Origin: an uncultured Flavobacterium sp.
GTDB lineage: Bacteria; Bacteroidota; Bacteroidia; Flavobacteriales; Flavobacteriaceae
Direction of reading: 5' to 3'
Assembly (NCBI GenBank): GCA_964631795.1
Contig: CAZWAF010000002.1
Coordinates: 2,311 to 66,310 of the forward strand
Length of the DNA stretch: 64,000 nt
A program made the translations under genes and the position numbers. A model generated the notes under the pieces. The model had not been told where the DNA came from. It worked only from the letters and a program-made list of their open reading frames with translations, and ran no database searches. This document shows, piece by piece, positions 18,584 to 28,498 of this stretch; the stretch's first letter is position 1; every line of letters starts with the position of its first letter.

Positions 18584-19666
18584 TCATTCTTCATAAAACT
18601 TCTTAACTTCATTTACTGGCACGCCAAAACTAAAATTTTGAGAGTTAGTGATTTTTGCAAAATTGACACCAACTAAATTTCCCCATTTATCAATAATTGG
18701 ACTGCCACTTGAACCCTCAAGTGTTGGAATTGTATATAAAATTCTTTCACCATCATTTTCTTGACTGATTTTTCCACTTGTGAATTGTGATTTAATTCCT
18801 TGTTTTGTATTCGCCAAAGAAAAACCTCTGTTAAAACCTATCATAAAAACATCTTCGTTTATTTTGATTGGATTTTTAATATTTCTTTCTTTATACTTTT
18901 CTGGATTTTCAACCAAGTTTGGATTATTGTCTTTGAAATTAAAAATGAAATTAGGTTTTGTGTTAAATGCTTTATTTTTTGTTTGTATAAGTGCTAAATC
19001 TATTTTTTCATTTTCAGATGTTTTTACCACAACGCATTCTTGTAAATCATCAAATTCAGTTATGTGCGTATCATTATATGCAATGCCTAACTTGTGGATT
19101 ATTAATTTTGAAGTTGAATTACTTAAATCTAGATTTTCAATTCCGTGATACAATTCAACTAAAATATTTTTTTTACTGACTACCCCTTTATATTGATTTT
19201 CATAATTCTGCTTCTCGTAATATTCCATTTGGTCATAGTACAGATTATATGTTGATTTTATTTGGTCAATAGTATCATTGTACATTCTAACTTCATCAAC
19301 GATTTTAATTTTTGCTTTCTCATATAAATTTACAAGCTCTGTTTTATAATTTTCGTCCTTATTATTTACTACGTGATTATTTGTTATTATTTCTCCATTT
19401 TCAGAGATAACAAATCCTGTTCCCGTGGAAAAGGATAAATTATTTAAAACTTCTTCTTTTGTGAAAAAAATTTTTTTTTCTGAACTTGGGGAATAATAAT
19501 AAGTTGCATTATCTGAATAGACTTCATAATAATATTGACTTGCAATTAAAACAACACTGCCTTTATATTTTTCAAAAATCTCCTCAGGTTTTTCTGGTTC
19601 TATTACTTTCGTACAAGAATTTAGCAGAAAAAAAGACAGAAGTATTTTAATGTATAATGCTTTCAT
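18584..19666 (-). CDS. Trypsin-like (S1) serine protease lipoprotein
   Basis: Lipobox LNSC, GTGF, TNNHVV (His), IDLALIQ (Asp), GSSGSP (Ser), LVGVNF. Confidence 0.88.
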   Translation of the reverse strand: MKALYIKILLSFFLLNSCTKVIEPEKPEEIFEKYKGSVVLIASQYYYEVYSDNATYYYSPSSEKKIFFTKEEVLNNLSFSTGTGFVISENGEIITNNHVVNNKDENYKTELVNLYEKAKIKIVDEVRMYNDTIDQIKSTYNLYYDQMEYYEKQNYENQYKGVVSKKNILVELYHGIENLDLSNSTSKLIIHKLGIAYNDTHITEFDDLQECVVVKTSENEKIDLALIQTKNKAFNTKPNFIFNFKDNNPNLVENPEKYKERNIKNPIKINEDVFMIGFNRGFSLANTKQGIKSQFTSGKISQENDGERILYTIPTLEGSSGSPIIDKWGNLVGVNFAKITNSQNFSFGVPVNEVKKFYEE

Positions 19667-19876
19667 AATCTAAATTTTTAATAAGGCAGGAGTTGTTCAA
19701 TTACACAAACAATTTCAATTAATATGTTAATTTCTTTGCTATTTGAATCATATTTTTTTGACTGATTGTATTGATTTTAAATAGTAATTAATAGCTGTTT
19801 TGAGATATTTTACAAAAATTAGGAATTTGAAATTAGAATCTTTACGGTTTTCCACATTTGGACGATTTTTTTTTTT

Positions 19877-19906
19877 CAAATATAAAAAATTGGACGCATA
19901 TATGCG
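19877..19906 (-). promoter_or_regulatory. Cargo-operon promoter (TATATTTG on minus strand) with adjacent palindrome CGCATATATGCG
   Basis: -7 box at 19877-19884; perfect 12-bp palindrome at 19895-19906, next to the XRE gene. Confidence 0.6.
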
Positions 19907-19941
19907 CTCAAATAATTTTTATTTGTTGATGACCTTTGAAA

Positions 19942-20172
19942 ATGATTTCAGGTCAAGATTTTCTAGTAAATTTAGGTGTTCACATTCGGCAGATTAGGGA
20001 GGTAAAAAAAATCTCGCAACAAAATCTTGCTGACTTATGTGATTTACCTAAAACAACTATTGGACGAATTGAAAGAGCTGAAATGAATACTACCATTAAA
20101 ACACTAGTAAAGATTGCCAACGCTTTAGAAATCGAACCAAAAGAGTTACTAAATTTTAAGATTAAAAATTAA
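19942..20172 (+). CDS. XRE-family HTH transcriptional regulator
   Basis: 'IRQIREVKKISQQNLADLCDLPKTTIGRIERAEMNTTIKTLVKIANALEI'. The ATG at 19942 is preferred to the TTG at 19936. Confidence 0.9.
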   Translation: MISGQDFLVNLGVHIRQIREVKKISQQNLADLCDLPKTTIGRIERAEMNTTIKTLVKIANALEIEPKELLNFKIKN

Positions 20173-20563
20173 ACTTGTGTTTTCTTAAAAGGTCGGAATA
20201 TTGTTTTAGGTTCTTAAATTCATTTTGTAAAATCGGATTCATCTTGTCGTAATCATAATCGTATAGATAAAACGCAAGCTCTAACAGACAATCCTCTAAA
20301 ATCCAAAGCTCCTCTAAATATTCACGGTTTTGTGGATTTGGCGTAGGCGGATATTTTGACCTTATCTCCATTCTAATCTCATCTATGGTTTTATTCTGAT
20401 AATCAATTCCTTTCTTTAAAAGCTCTTTGTTGATTAAATTATGAGCGGAATAAATATTGATTAAATTATGCTCGGTACTGACATAACAATTCGTAATCCT
20501 GCTTTTAATGAACCGATTGAATTTTTCCTCTAACGGAAGACTTATTAGTTTACCTATTGTCAT
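20162..20563 (-). CDS. Hypothetical protein
   Basis: 133-aa ORF with ATG, in tandem with the upstream ORF; no motif recognised. Confidence 0.5.
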   Translation of the reverse strand: MTIGKLISLPLEEKFNRFIKSRITNCYVSTEHNLINIYSAHNLINKELLKKGIDYQNKTIDEIRMEIRSKYPPTPNPQNREYLEELWILEDCLLELAFYLYDYDYDKMNPILQNEFKNLKQYSDLLRKHKFNF

Positions 20564-20577
20564 AATTCCTGAGTAAT

Positions 20578-20928
20578 TTAAATTTCAAAACGTTCTAGTC
20601 CAACCAAATCCAATTTCTCTTTAAAAGGAATCAATAATATATGCTTTGCGGTAGTTTGAATCGTAAACAAATGATTTTGCTTACCAGTGCTAAAAGAAGC
20701 TCCAGCAAAGTTTTGATTGCTGTCAAAAAAGATTAGTTGAAAGGGAGTTATGCCTGTCAAATCCATAAAGGAATTTAACTCATTGTGTACAACTGAAATA
20801 AAATAGGTTTGTTCTAAATCTATTTCATTGTTTCTTACAACGGTTGTTGATTGATTTTTTGATAATGCTATTGCATTGAAACCTTGAGCTTTGTTTTCAA
20901 ACTTTAAGGTAATAGAATAAGTATTCAT
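20578..20928 (-). CDS. Hypothetical protein
   Basis: 116-aa ORF with ATG; no motif recognised. Confidence 0.5.
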   Translation of the reverse strand: MNTYSITLKFENKAQGFNAIALSKNQSTTVVRNNEIDLEQTYFISVVHNELNSFMDLTGITPFQLIFFDSNQNFAGASFSTGKQNHLFTIQTTAKHILLIPFKEKLDLVGLERFEI

Positions 20929-21494
20929 ACATAAATAAATTAAGGTTGCAATTTAGTTATGTCGTGAAATGATAATAAGATTGTGGATTCTCAATACATT
21001 TTGACGACTGTCCGCATTCTAAACCACCGTGCAATTGAGTTGTCGGTTGGCGTGATAAATCACTTCTTGATGCTTTGCAAATATTAAATAAAAAATATTG
21101 AGAATCAAAATAAAATATTTAATATATTATGTAGATTTTTCTTTTTCAACAACCTTCACTTTATATATAAAGAAAATTGACATAATATAATAAATTGATT
21201 TATGGTAATTATCAAAATATTTAATCTCATATTTTAAATATATAGTATATGTATTATTTTATTATCAATATTGGTAGGGTAAAATGACTTATACAGTCCT
21301 CTCCTAAATGTCCATAAGAGATGGTTTAGGGATTGAAGTGTGTTTTGCCCCATACCCCCACCAAACGAAATGAAAAAGGTTTTTAAATACTGTTGTGTTT
21401 TACATACAGAAAACGGAATAAAAGAATAAAAAAGTGTGGATGTAAATATGTTTTTTTAATCAACAGTACAATAATCGTACAAATTTAGAAATAA

Positions 21495-21536
21495 AAAATC
21501 CTTAAACTCCTGATTTTCAGTATGTTTAAGGATTTT
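21495..21536 (-). terminator. Element-supplied terminator directly after the tRNA
   Basis: aaaatccttaaac-N16-gtttaaggatttt (13-bp stem). Confidence 0.7.
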
Positions 21537-21541
21537 ATTTG

Positions 21542-21615
21542 TGACCTCGACTGGATTCAAACCAGTAACCTTCTGAGCCGTAATCAGATGCGCTATTCAG
21601 TTGCGCCACGAGGCC
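21542..21615 (-). tRNA. tRNA-Arg(ACG)
   Basis: Cloverleaf: acceptor GGCCTCG/CGAGGTC, D-arm GCGC/GCGC, anticodon arm TCTGA-TT ACG GC-TCAGA, T-arm ACTGG/CCAGT; TAAATTTG promoter at 21640-21647. Confidence 0.95.
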
Positions 21616-21784
21616 TTGTTTGTTATTGTTTAACGAGTGCAAATTTAGAGATTATTTTATAACTTGCAAGTGTTTTTGAAAATAAAAGTAAAGTATTTTT
21701 AAAGTTATTTTTTAACACTTTGATATTGAATTTTTTAATTTTCAATTCAGCTAAACTTATTTAAAAAATAAAACAAAAAACTAA

Positions 21785-22297
21785 ATGAAAATTGAAAATT
21801 TTATCCGAGATATACAGGATTTCCCTAAAGAAGGAGTAGGATTTAAAGATATAACTCCATTATTAAGCAATGCAGAAGCCAGAACTTATTGTTTAAAAAT
21901 GATGATTAATAGCTTACATGGTATTAAAATCGATAAAGTAGTAGGAGCAGAAAGCCGGGGGTTTTTCTTTGGAATTCTTTTAGCACAAGAGTTAAATGTT
22001 GGATTTGTTCCTGTTAGAAAGAAAAACAAATTGCCTTTTGAAACAATTTCTGCAACTTATGAGTTAGAATATGGCAGCGATAGTTTGGAAATCCATATAG
22101 ATGCCATTCAAAAAGGAGACAAAGTTCTTATACACGATGATGTTTTGGCAACCGGAGGAACAGCTAAAGCCATTTGTGAATTGGTCGAAAAATTGGGAGG
22201 AGAAATTGTACAATGCAATTTTTTGATGGAATTAAACTTTTTAAAAGGAAGAGAAAAAATCCAAAATCATCCGATTTATTCTGTATTGAACTACTAA
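21785..22297 (+). CDS. apt: Adenine phosphoribosyltransferase
   Basis: FKDITPLL, AESRGF, VRKKNKLP, YELEYG, DDVLATGGT. Confidence 0.95.
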   Translation: MKIENFIRDIQDFPKEGVGFKDITPLLSNAEARTYCLKMMINSLHGIKIDKVVGAESRGFFFGILLAQELNVGFVPVRKKNKLPFETISATYELEYGSDSLEIHIDAIQKGDKVLIHDDVLATGGTAKAICELVEKLGGEIVQCNFLMELNFLKGREKIQNHPIYSVLNY

Positions 22298-22340
22298 AAA
22301 TAAAAGCCCGATTGCAATAAACACAATCGGGCTTTTATTT
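22297..22340. terminator. Bidirectional terminator
   Basis: aaaataaaagcccgattg...caatcgggcttttatttt. Confidence 0.8.
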
Positions 22341-22358
22341 TTTATTTAAAGTTCAAGA

Positions 22359-23411
22359 TTACTGAACTTTTATTTCAAACATTTTATTCCAGTTTTTACC
22401 TGTTACAAAAATGGTTTTTGTTTTAGGATTATGAGCAATTCCGTTCAAAGCTTCAGCTTCCGGATTGCTAACTAATTTTCTTAAACCCGAAAGGTCTATA
22501 ATTCCTTCAACAGCTCCCGAAGTCGGATCGATTACAGCCAAAGCATCTTTCATCCATACATTTCCGTAAATCTTACCGTTGATAAATTCCAATTCGTTTA
22601 CCTGTTTAATTTTAGCGCTTCCTGCATAAACATTGATATTATCAACCATTTTTTGAGTTTTAGGATCCATTCTCCAGATTTTCTCTGTCCCGTCTGACTG
22701 ATAAATATAAGTTCCGTCATTTGTCATTCCCCAACCTTCGATATCTTTATCATAAGTAAAGGTCTTTTCAAGTTTCAATGTGTTTGCATTATAAATAAAA
22801 CCTGTTTTTTCCTCCCAAGTCAATTGAAAAATCTTACCGTTGATAATCGTAATTCCTTCTCCAAAATATTTTTGTTCCAAATCAACCTGTTTAAAAACTT
22901 TTCCGGTTTTGTAATCATACTTTCTAAAATAAGATTCTCCATTTTTTCCGGTGCTTTCATATAAGGTATCTCTGAAAAACTCCAAACCTTCGGTAAATGA
23001 TTTTACATCATGCGCATAAGTATTCACAATAGTGTAATTCATTAATTTTGGTTGGATATTAGAAACCAATTCAATACGACTTTTAACCTCTTCTCCGGAA
23101 GTATTTCCATCGGCATAAACTAAAGCTTTTAAGTTTTGGTATCCTAATTTTTGTGATTTCAAATCAAAAGAAACAGCAGTTAAATCTTTTTTTGAAGCTA
23201 CTTTTTTGTCATTTACATAATAAATAATACTATCAATTTTGCTGTTTTCCGGGTTTAATAAAGACAACGAAAGCTGATCATCTATATAATATTCGGCTTT
23301 AAATTTTGAATTATCGAAGCTAAAGGCACTTTCTTCATTTTTTTTAGAACCTCCACAACCGACAATAGTTGCTGATAACAAAATGGCTGACAGTAAATTA
23401 TAGTTTTTCAT
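22359..23411 (-). CDS. Glutaminyl-peptide cyclotransferase (QC, beta-propeller type), lipoprotein
   Basis: FTEGLEF, LYESTG, YFGEGIT, EGWG, SDGT, NELE, LNGIA; lipobox IVGC after the Met at 23411. Confidence 0.88.
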   Translation of the reverse strand: MKNYNLLSAILLSATIVGCGGSKKNEESAFSFDNSKFKAEYYIDDQLSLSLLNPENSKIDSIIYYVNDKKVASKKDLTAVSFDLKSQKLGYQNLKALVYADGNTSGEEVKSRIELVSNIQPKLMNYTIVNTYAHDVKSFTEGLEFFRDTLYESTGKNGESYFRKYDYKTGKVFKQVDLEQKYFGEGITIINGKIFQLTWEEKTGFIYNANTLKLEKTFTYDKDIEGWGMTNDGTYIYQSDGTEKIWRMDPKTQKMVDNINVYAGSAKIKQVNELEFINGKIYGNVWMKDALAVIDPTSGAVEGIIDLSGLRKLVSNPEAEALNGIAHNPKTKTIFVTGKNWNKMFEIKVQ

Positions 23412-23500
23412 AATATATTTTAATTTGTTTTGGTCAATAATTTTAAATAAAAATTTGTGTTTGTATTTGCGAAAATACAAAAAGATTGTACATTTGCAAC

Positions 23501-23593
23501 GGCAAGTCCTACACGACCAGCTCCTGCAAACTCCCCCAGGATGGGAACATAGCAAGGGTATGTGGTTGAGCGGTGCGATGTAGGTCGCTTGCC
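23501..23593 (+). ncRNA. ffs: Small bacterial SRP RNA (4.5S)
   Basis: Helix-8 signature CAGG-ATG-GGAA-CAT-AGCA; terminal stem GGCAAG/CTTGCC with T-tract; TACATTTG promoter at 23489-23496. Confidence 0.9.
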
Positions 23594-23664
23594 TTTTTTT
23601 ATTTTATGTAATCTTCCTTTGGGAAGATTTTTTGTTTTTAGGACATTTCTAATTTTAAAATATA

Positions 23665-24468
23665 ATGAGTAAAGTAGTCTTAATTACCGGAGGTTCTTCA
23701 GGTATCGGAAAATCTATCGGAAATTTTCTTCATAAAAAAGGTTTTACGGTTTATGGAACGAGTAGAAATCCTGAAAAAATAAGTAATTCCAATTTTCCTT
23801 TAATTGCTTTAGATGTCAGAAATACTCAAAGCATTGCAATTGCTGTTTCTGAAGTAATTAAATTATCCGGAAGAATTGATGTTTTAATCAATAATGCGGG
23901 AGTTGGAATTACGGGACCACTGGAAGAAATTCCAACTCAGGAAATTAAGAATAATTTTGAAACCAATTTATTTGGTCCTATCGAAATGATGAAAGCGGTT
24001 TTACCTCAGATGCGTTTACAAAAATCGGGTTTAATAATTAATGTTACTTCGATTGCCGGATATATGGGATTGCCTTATAGAAGTGTTTATTCTTCTTCTA
24101 AAGGAGCTTTGGAACTTATTACCGAAGCTTTGCGAATGGAGGTAAAATTGTTCGGAATCCATATTACAAATGTAGCTCCGGGTGATTTTGCAACCAATAT
24201 CGCTTCGGGACGTTTTCATGCTCCATTATTAAAAGATTCTGCTTATAAAATTCCTTATGGAAATACCCTGAAAATGATGGATGAACATGTAGATCACGGA
24301 AGCAATCCTGATGAAATGGCTCAGGCTGTCTATAACATTATTCAAAATCCAAATCCAAAGATTCATTATAAAGTAGGTGCATTTTTACAGAAGTTTTCTA
24401 TCGTTCTAAAACGTATTTTACCAGATAAAGTTTATGAAAAAATGTTAATGAATCATTATAAGTTGTAA
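23665..24468 (+). CDS. Short-chain dehydrogenase/reductase
   Basis: TGGSSGIG, NNAG, YSSSK. Confidence 0.9.
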   Translation: MSKVVLITGGSSGIGKSIGNFLHKKGFTVYGTSRNPEKISNSNFPLIALDVRNTQSIAIAVSEVIKLSGRIDVLINNAGVGITGPLEEIPTQEIKNNFETNLFGPIEMMKAVLPQMRLQKSGLIINVTSIAGYMGLPYRSVYSSSKGALELITEALRMEVKLFGIHITNVAPGDFATNIASGRFHAPLLKDSAYKIPYGNTLKMMDEHVDHGSNPDEMAQAVYNIIQNPNPKIHYKVGAFLQKFSIVLKRILPDKVYEKMLMNHYKL

Positions 24469-24594
24469 TTTAAAATTACAAGAAATATTTATAAAAATTT
24501 TAATCACACATCAATCGAAATATAAAAAAGAGGAAAAGAATTTATTTCATTTCCTCTTTTTTATTATGTGTAAACGATATTTCCTCTAAATAAT

Positions 24595-24765
24595 TCCTCG
24601 AGGCCTTGCCTCGGGGTTTCCGCTTCCACCTCTCCTTGGGAGAGGTCGGATTTACGGAGTAAATCCGGGTGAGGCAAAATAAAAGAATTTCGGTTTTTGA
24701 CCTTCAGGTCAAAATGAAACCGGCGAAATACCCCGATGGCTCTGCCTCGGGGATAGTCGGTTTCA
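24595..24765. repeat. Cluster of five GC-rich palindromes (REP/BIME-like)
   Basis: cctcgaggc/gcctcgggg, acctctcc/ggagaggt, cggatttac/gtaaatccg, ttttgacct/aggtcaaaa and ccccga..ggc/gcctcgggg, between convergent genes. Confidence 0.75.
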
Positions 24766-24824
24766 AGAAATTATTTTATTTAACTGCTGCTGAAAAATTT
24801 GTCAATAAATATATTTTCGTCATT

Positions 24825-27095
24825 TCAATTTTTGTTATTGACGAACCATTCTATTTTTTTCTTTTCTCCAACGATCCATACAACGTCATTTATTTCAAAA
24901 ACCGTAGTTGAGTCAGGATTCAATATTCGCTGGCGGTCTCGCTCAATTCCGATAATCAAACCATTGGTTCGTTCTCTCAATCCCGACTGACGGATGTTTA
25001 ACCCTTTTAGATTAATTTGATTATTCACAATAAATTTCTGTAACACAAAATCTTCTACTTTAACATCGGCTGTTTCACTTTTTGTTACTGTATGAAACAT
25101 CGGTTTAAATATTTTTATTTGCTCATCGGTTGCCAGGATTCCAACCTCGTCATAGGGCAGCAGGAGACTGTTCTTATCGGGTAATGAAATTAATCGTTCT
25201 CCTCGTTTAATATACACCACATTAATACCGTATTTTTCTCTCCATGTAAGTTCTTGTAACATTCTACCCACGTATTCGGCCTCATAGGGAACCTCCAGCT
25301 GAATAATATGTGCATCCCAAGGATGTAATTCTGATTCCATCAATGCGCTTTTTCTTTTTACACTTGCAGAAAAGGTATTGTATTCTGCTGTTTCTCTTGC
25401 ATTGAGGTTCTTTACAAACATATCTTCTATATGTTGATAAAAAAAACGAATTCGTTCACCGAAAATAAAAAGCAAAATGATTATTATCGGAACAATAATA
25501 AAAGTTGCAGGATGCAGTAAAAAAATTCTATATACCCAAAAAGAAATAAGAGATATTCCTATGAGTATTCTTATCATTTCAATTGTAAAAAGAGGGCCTA
25601 ATCTATACCTTTTATTATGCCAGAGTTCTTTGTACTCGATAATATTGGGGCGTTTTACCATTAAAGCCCATAAAAAAGGAGAGGCAATAATAAGTAAAAA
25701 AATAAGTCCTCCAATATTAGAAAGCATCAAATTATTTGTTCTTTCATGCAAAAACGGAATTAAAAAATTCAAGGAAAGAAATATCAATGATGAAAGTATA
25801 ACAAAATTGACAATAATGATAAGTAAGTAAACTTTGATTACTTTTTTCCAATTACCCTCTGTCTGGATACTTTGGGTACTTTGTGAATAGCTGTTTATTC
25901 TTTTAATCCATTTATTAGGAAGCTTTTGTTCTAAAAACTCCGAAACAGGTGCAGATAATCTTATCAGATAAGGTGTGGTAAAAGTTGTTATTGCCGAAGC
26001 TCCTACAGCCACAGGAAATAAAAAGTCTGATATTACGCCGAGTGAAAGACCAAGAGTTGCAACGATAAAGGCAAACTCTCCAATTTGTGCCATACTCATT
26101 CCCACCTGAACTGACTGCCTTAGAGACTGGCCTGATAAAATAGCACCCAATGTTGTGCTGAAAAGTTTTCCAAATAAGGTAAGCAATGTTACACAAACTA
26201 CCGGCCATCCGTATTCTATTATTGCATTTGGATCAATCAACATCCCTACCGATACAAAAAATACAGCACCAAACATATCTTTTATTGGTTTTATAACATG
26301 TTCTACTTTTTCGGCCGATGTTGTTTCTGCTATTATAGATCCCATTATAAATGCCCCCAGTTCGGCTGAAAAACCAACCTGTGTTGCAAGGACAACCATT
26401 CCAAGACAAAGTCCTATCGAAAGAATAAGTAATGTTTCTTCATCAAGCAGCGGTTTTGTCTTTTTAAGTAATGTAGGGAGCAGAAAAATTCCGCCAATGA
26501 ACCATAATGAAAGAAAGAAAATAAGTTTAAGAACCGTTAATAATATTTCGGTCCCTTGAAATTGCATGGTTACTGCTATAGAAGAAAGCAAAACCATAAG
26601 TAATATCACCACAATATCTTCAACAATTAAAACCCCAAAAACAACACGTGCATATTGAAATGTTTTAACTCCCAATTCATCAAATGCCCGGATAATAATG
26701 GTGGTAGAGGAGCTTGCCAGCATACCTCCCAAAAATAAACTATCCATAAAGGACCATCCCAAAAGTTTTCCTGTGAAATAACCTGCAATCGTAATAAAAA
26801 CAATTTCAACCAAAGCCGTAATAGAAGCAGAGCCTCCTACACGCATTAACTTTTTAAAACTAAACTCAAGCCCAAGCCCAAACAGAAGAAAAATCACCCC
26901 GATTTCAGCAAGTATATCAATGTTTTTTATATCGGTAACAGTTGGTAAAAAATGCATGTGGGGACCAACTAAAAAACCTGCAATGATGTAACCCAATACA
27001 AGAGGCTGTTTAATTTTTCTGAATAAGATAGTAGTAATTGCTCCAGTCGTCAATATCAAAGCTAAATCTCTGATCAAATCAGGTAAATGCACCAT
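24825..27095 (-). CDS. CPA2 cation:proton antiporter with C-terminal TrkA-C (RCK-C) domains
   Basis: GYIIAGFLVGP, LFGLGLEF, LIVED, FFVSVG, QIGEFAF, followed by two soluble RCK-C-like repeats. Confidence 0.88.
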   Translation of the reverse strand: MVHLPDLIRDLALILTTGAITTILFRKIKQPLVLGYIIAGFLVGPHMHFLPTVTDIKNIDILAEIGVIFLLFGLGLEFSFKKLMRVGGSASITALVEIVFITIAGYFTGKLLGWSFMDSLFLGGMLASSSTTIIIRAFDELGVKTFQYARVVFGVLIVEDIVVILLMVLLSSIAVTMQFQGTEILLTVLKLIFFLSLWFIGGIFLLPTLLKKTKPLLDEETLLILSIGLCLGMVVLATQVGFSAELGAFIMGSIIAETTSAEKVEHVIKPIKDMFGAVFFVSVGMLIDPNAIIEYGWPVVCVTLLTLFGKLFSTTLGAILSGQSLRQSVQVGMSMAQIGEFAFIVATLGLSLGVISDFLFPVAVGASAITTFTTPYLIRLSAPVSEFLEQKLPNKWIKRINSYSQSTQSIQTEGNWKKVIKVYLLIIIVNFVILSSLIFLSLNFLIPFLHERTNNLMLSNIGGLIFLLIIASPFLWALMVKRPNIIEYKELWHNKRYRLGPLFTIEMIRILIGISLISFWVYRIFLLHPATFIIVPIIIILLFIFGERIRFFYQHIEDMFVKNLNARETAEYNTFSASVKRKSALMESELHPWDAHIIQLEVPYEAEYVGRMLQELTWREKYGINVVYIKRGERLISLPDKNSLLLPYDEVGILATDEQIKIFKPMFHTVTKSETADVKVEDFVLQKFIVNNQINLKGLNIRQSGLRERTNGLIIGIERDRQRILNPDSTTVFEINDVVWIVGEKKKIEWFVNNKN

Positions 27096-27310
27096 ATTTT
27101 AAATATTTTGGTTTTCGCAAATTTACATTTTTGTGTTTAATAAGAATTATAAATCTGAGGTTAATTTCAATATAAAAATCGATTTCAAGAGCAATATCAA
27201 ATCCTAAATCAAAAAATGATTTATTAAGAATAGAATTATTATATTTGAGAGTAAAGTATATTTTCAAAAAAAACTTTACAAAGAAAAGTACAACTTATAA
27301 TTTTAATGCC

Positions 27311-27970
27311 ATGAGATTTTTTATAGATACTGCCAATTTGGCTCAGATAAAAGAAGCACTGGACTTGGGGATTTTAGACGGAGTAACAACCAATCCGAGT
27401 TTGATGGCAAAAGAAGGAATTGTTGGCAAAAACAATATCTTAAAACATTATGTTGATATATGCAATATAGTAGATGGTGATGTAAGTGCCGAAGTGATTG
27501 CCGTAGATTTTGATGGTATGATAAGGGAAGGCGAGGAGTTATCAGAACTTCATGACCAAATTGTTGTAAAACTCCCAATGACCAAAGACGGCATTAAGGC
27601 TACCAAATATTTTTCGCAAAGAGGTATTAAAACCAATGTAACCTTAGTCTTTTCCGCAGGTCAGGCATTGCTGGCCGCCAAAGCCGGAGCCACTTATGTT
27701 TCTCCTTTCATGGGACGTCTGGACGATATTTCTACTGATGGACTTTCTCTTATTGACGAAATACGCATCATTTATGATAATTATGAATTTGAAACCCAAA
27801 TTTTAGCCGCTTCTATTCGTCATAGTATGCACATAGTTAATTGTGCCAAAATTGGTGCCGATGTAATAACTGCACCTCTGGATGCTATTTTAGGATTACT
27901 TAAACATCCTTTGACTGATATTGGTTTGGCTCAGTTCATTGCCGATTTTGAAAAAGGAAATAAAAAGTAA
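27311..27970 (+). CDS. fsa: Transaldolase / fructose-6-phosphate aldolase family
   Basis: [40 protein letters not shown]; start at ATG 27311. Confidence 0.88.
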   Translation: MRFFIDTANLAQIKEALDLGILDGVTTNPSLMAKEGIVGKNNILKHYVDICNIVDGDVSAEVIAVDFDGMIREGEELSELHDQIVVKLPMTKDGIKATKYFSQRGIKTNVTLVFSAGQALLAAKAGATYVSPFMGRLDDISTDGLSLIDEIRIIYDNYEFETQILAASIRHSMHIVNCAKIGADVITAPLDAILGLLKHPLTDIGLAQFIADFEKGNKK

Positions 27971-28498
27971 TTTTTACTTTGACCTTAAATTCAAGTATGA
28001 TTTTTATGATTTCATAGTGAAACAAAGTTATTTACTCACTTTAATAATTTGTTGATCAATAAATTCAAGGTTAATTATTTTCTTTGTATTCTACACTTCA
28101 TTTCCAGACAGAAATTTTCAAAAAATTAAATAATTTCATTTAATGATATTCATTTTTCAATGTTAATTGGAAATAACTTTTGGAGCCTATTTAAATTAAC
28201 AGAAAATTATTCTACAACTCTTTCTGCTATTTATGTTTCGATTCTAAGAAAACATATTTTATCTGATATAGTTTACAAAATGATATTAATGGACTATTAA
28301 AATTATAAGAAAACTCTTTTTATTAAGACTTTTTTTTCAATAAATAGCCATTTTATATTATGAAGTCTATGTGAGCAATATTCTTTTTTATAATATAAAT
28401 CATAAATTTATCTTAAAAAAGTAAATATTTATTACATTAATGTTTTTGTAGATAGTTTTCTGATAAAACTGTTTATAAAGCCAATAAAAAAAGTAAAT

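Larger units (their letters stand above)
15419..21554. mobile_element. Decayed integrative island at tRNA-Arg(ACG), no integrase
   Basis: Flanked by 14-bp direct repeats of the tRNA 3' end; contains AT-rich accessory genes and an XRE gene; no recombinase ORF inside. Confidence 0.8.

Noticed and set aside
21542-21615. tRNA pseudogene because the T-loop reads TTTGAAT and CCA is not encoded
   Set aside because: All stems pair, a promoter and terminator are present, and non-encoded CCA is common.
23412-23555. Cys-rich N-terminal extension (MLCSHPGGVCRSWSCRTCRCKC) of the glutaminyl cyclase ORF
   Set aside because: It is the antisense reading of the SRP RNA and its promoter. The real start is the lipoprotein signal at 23411.
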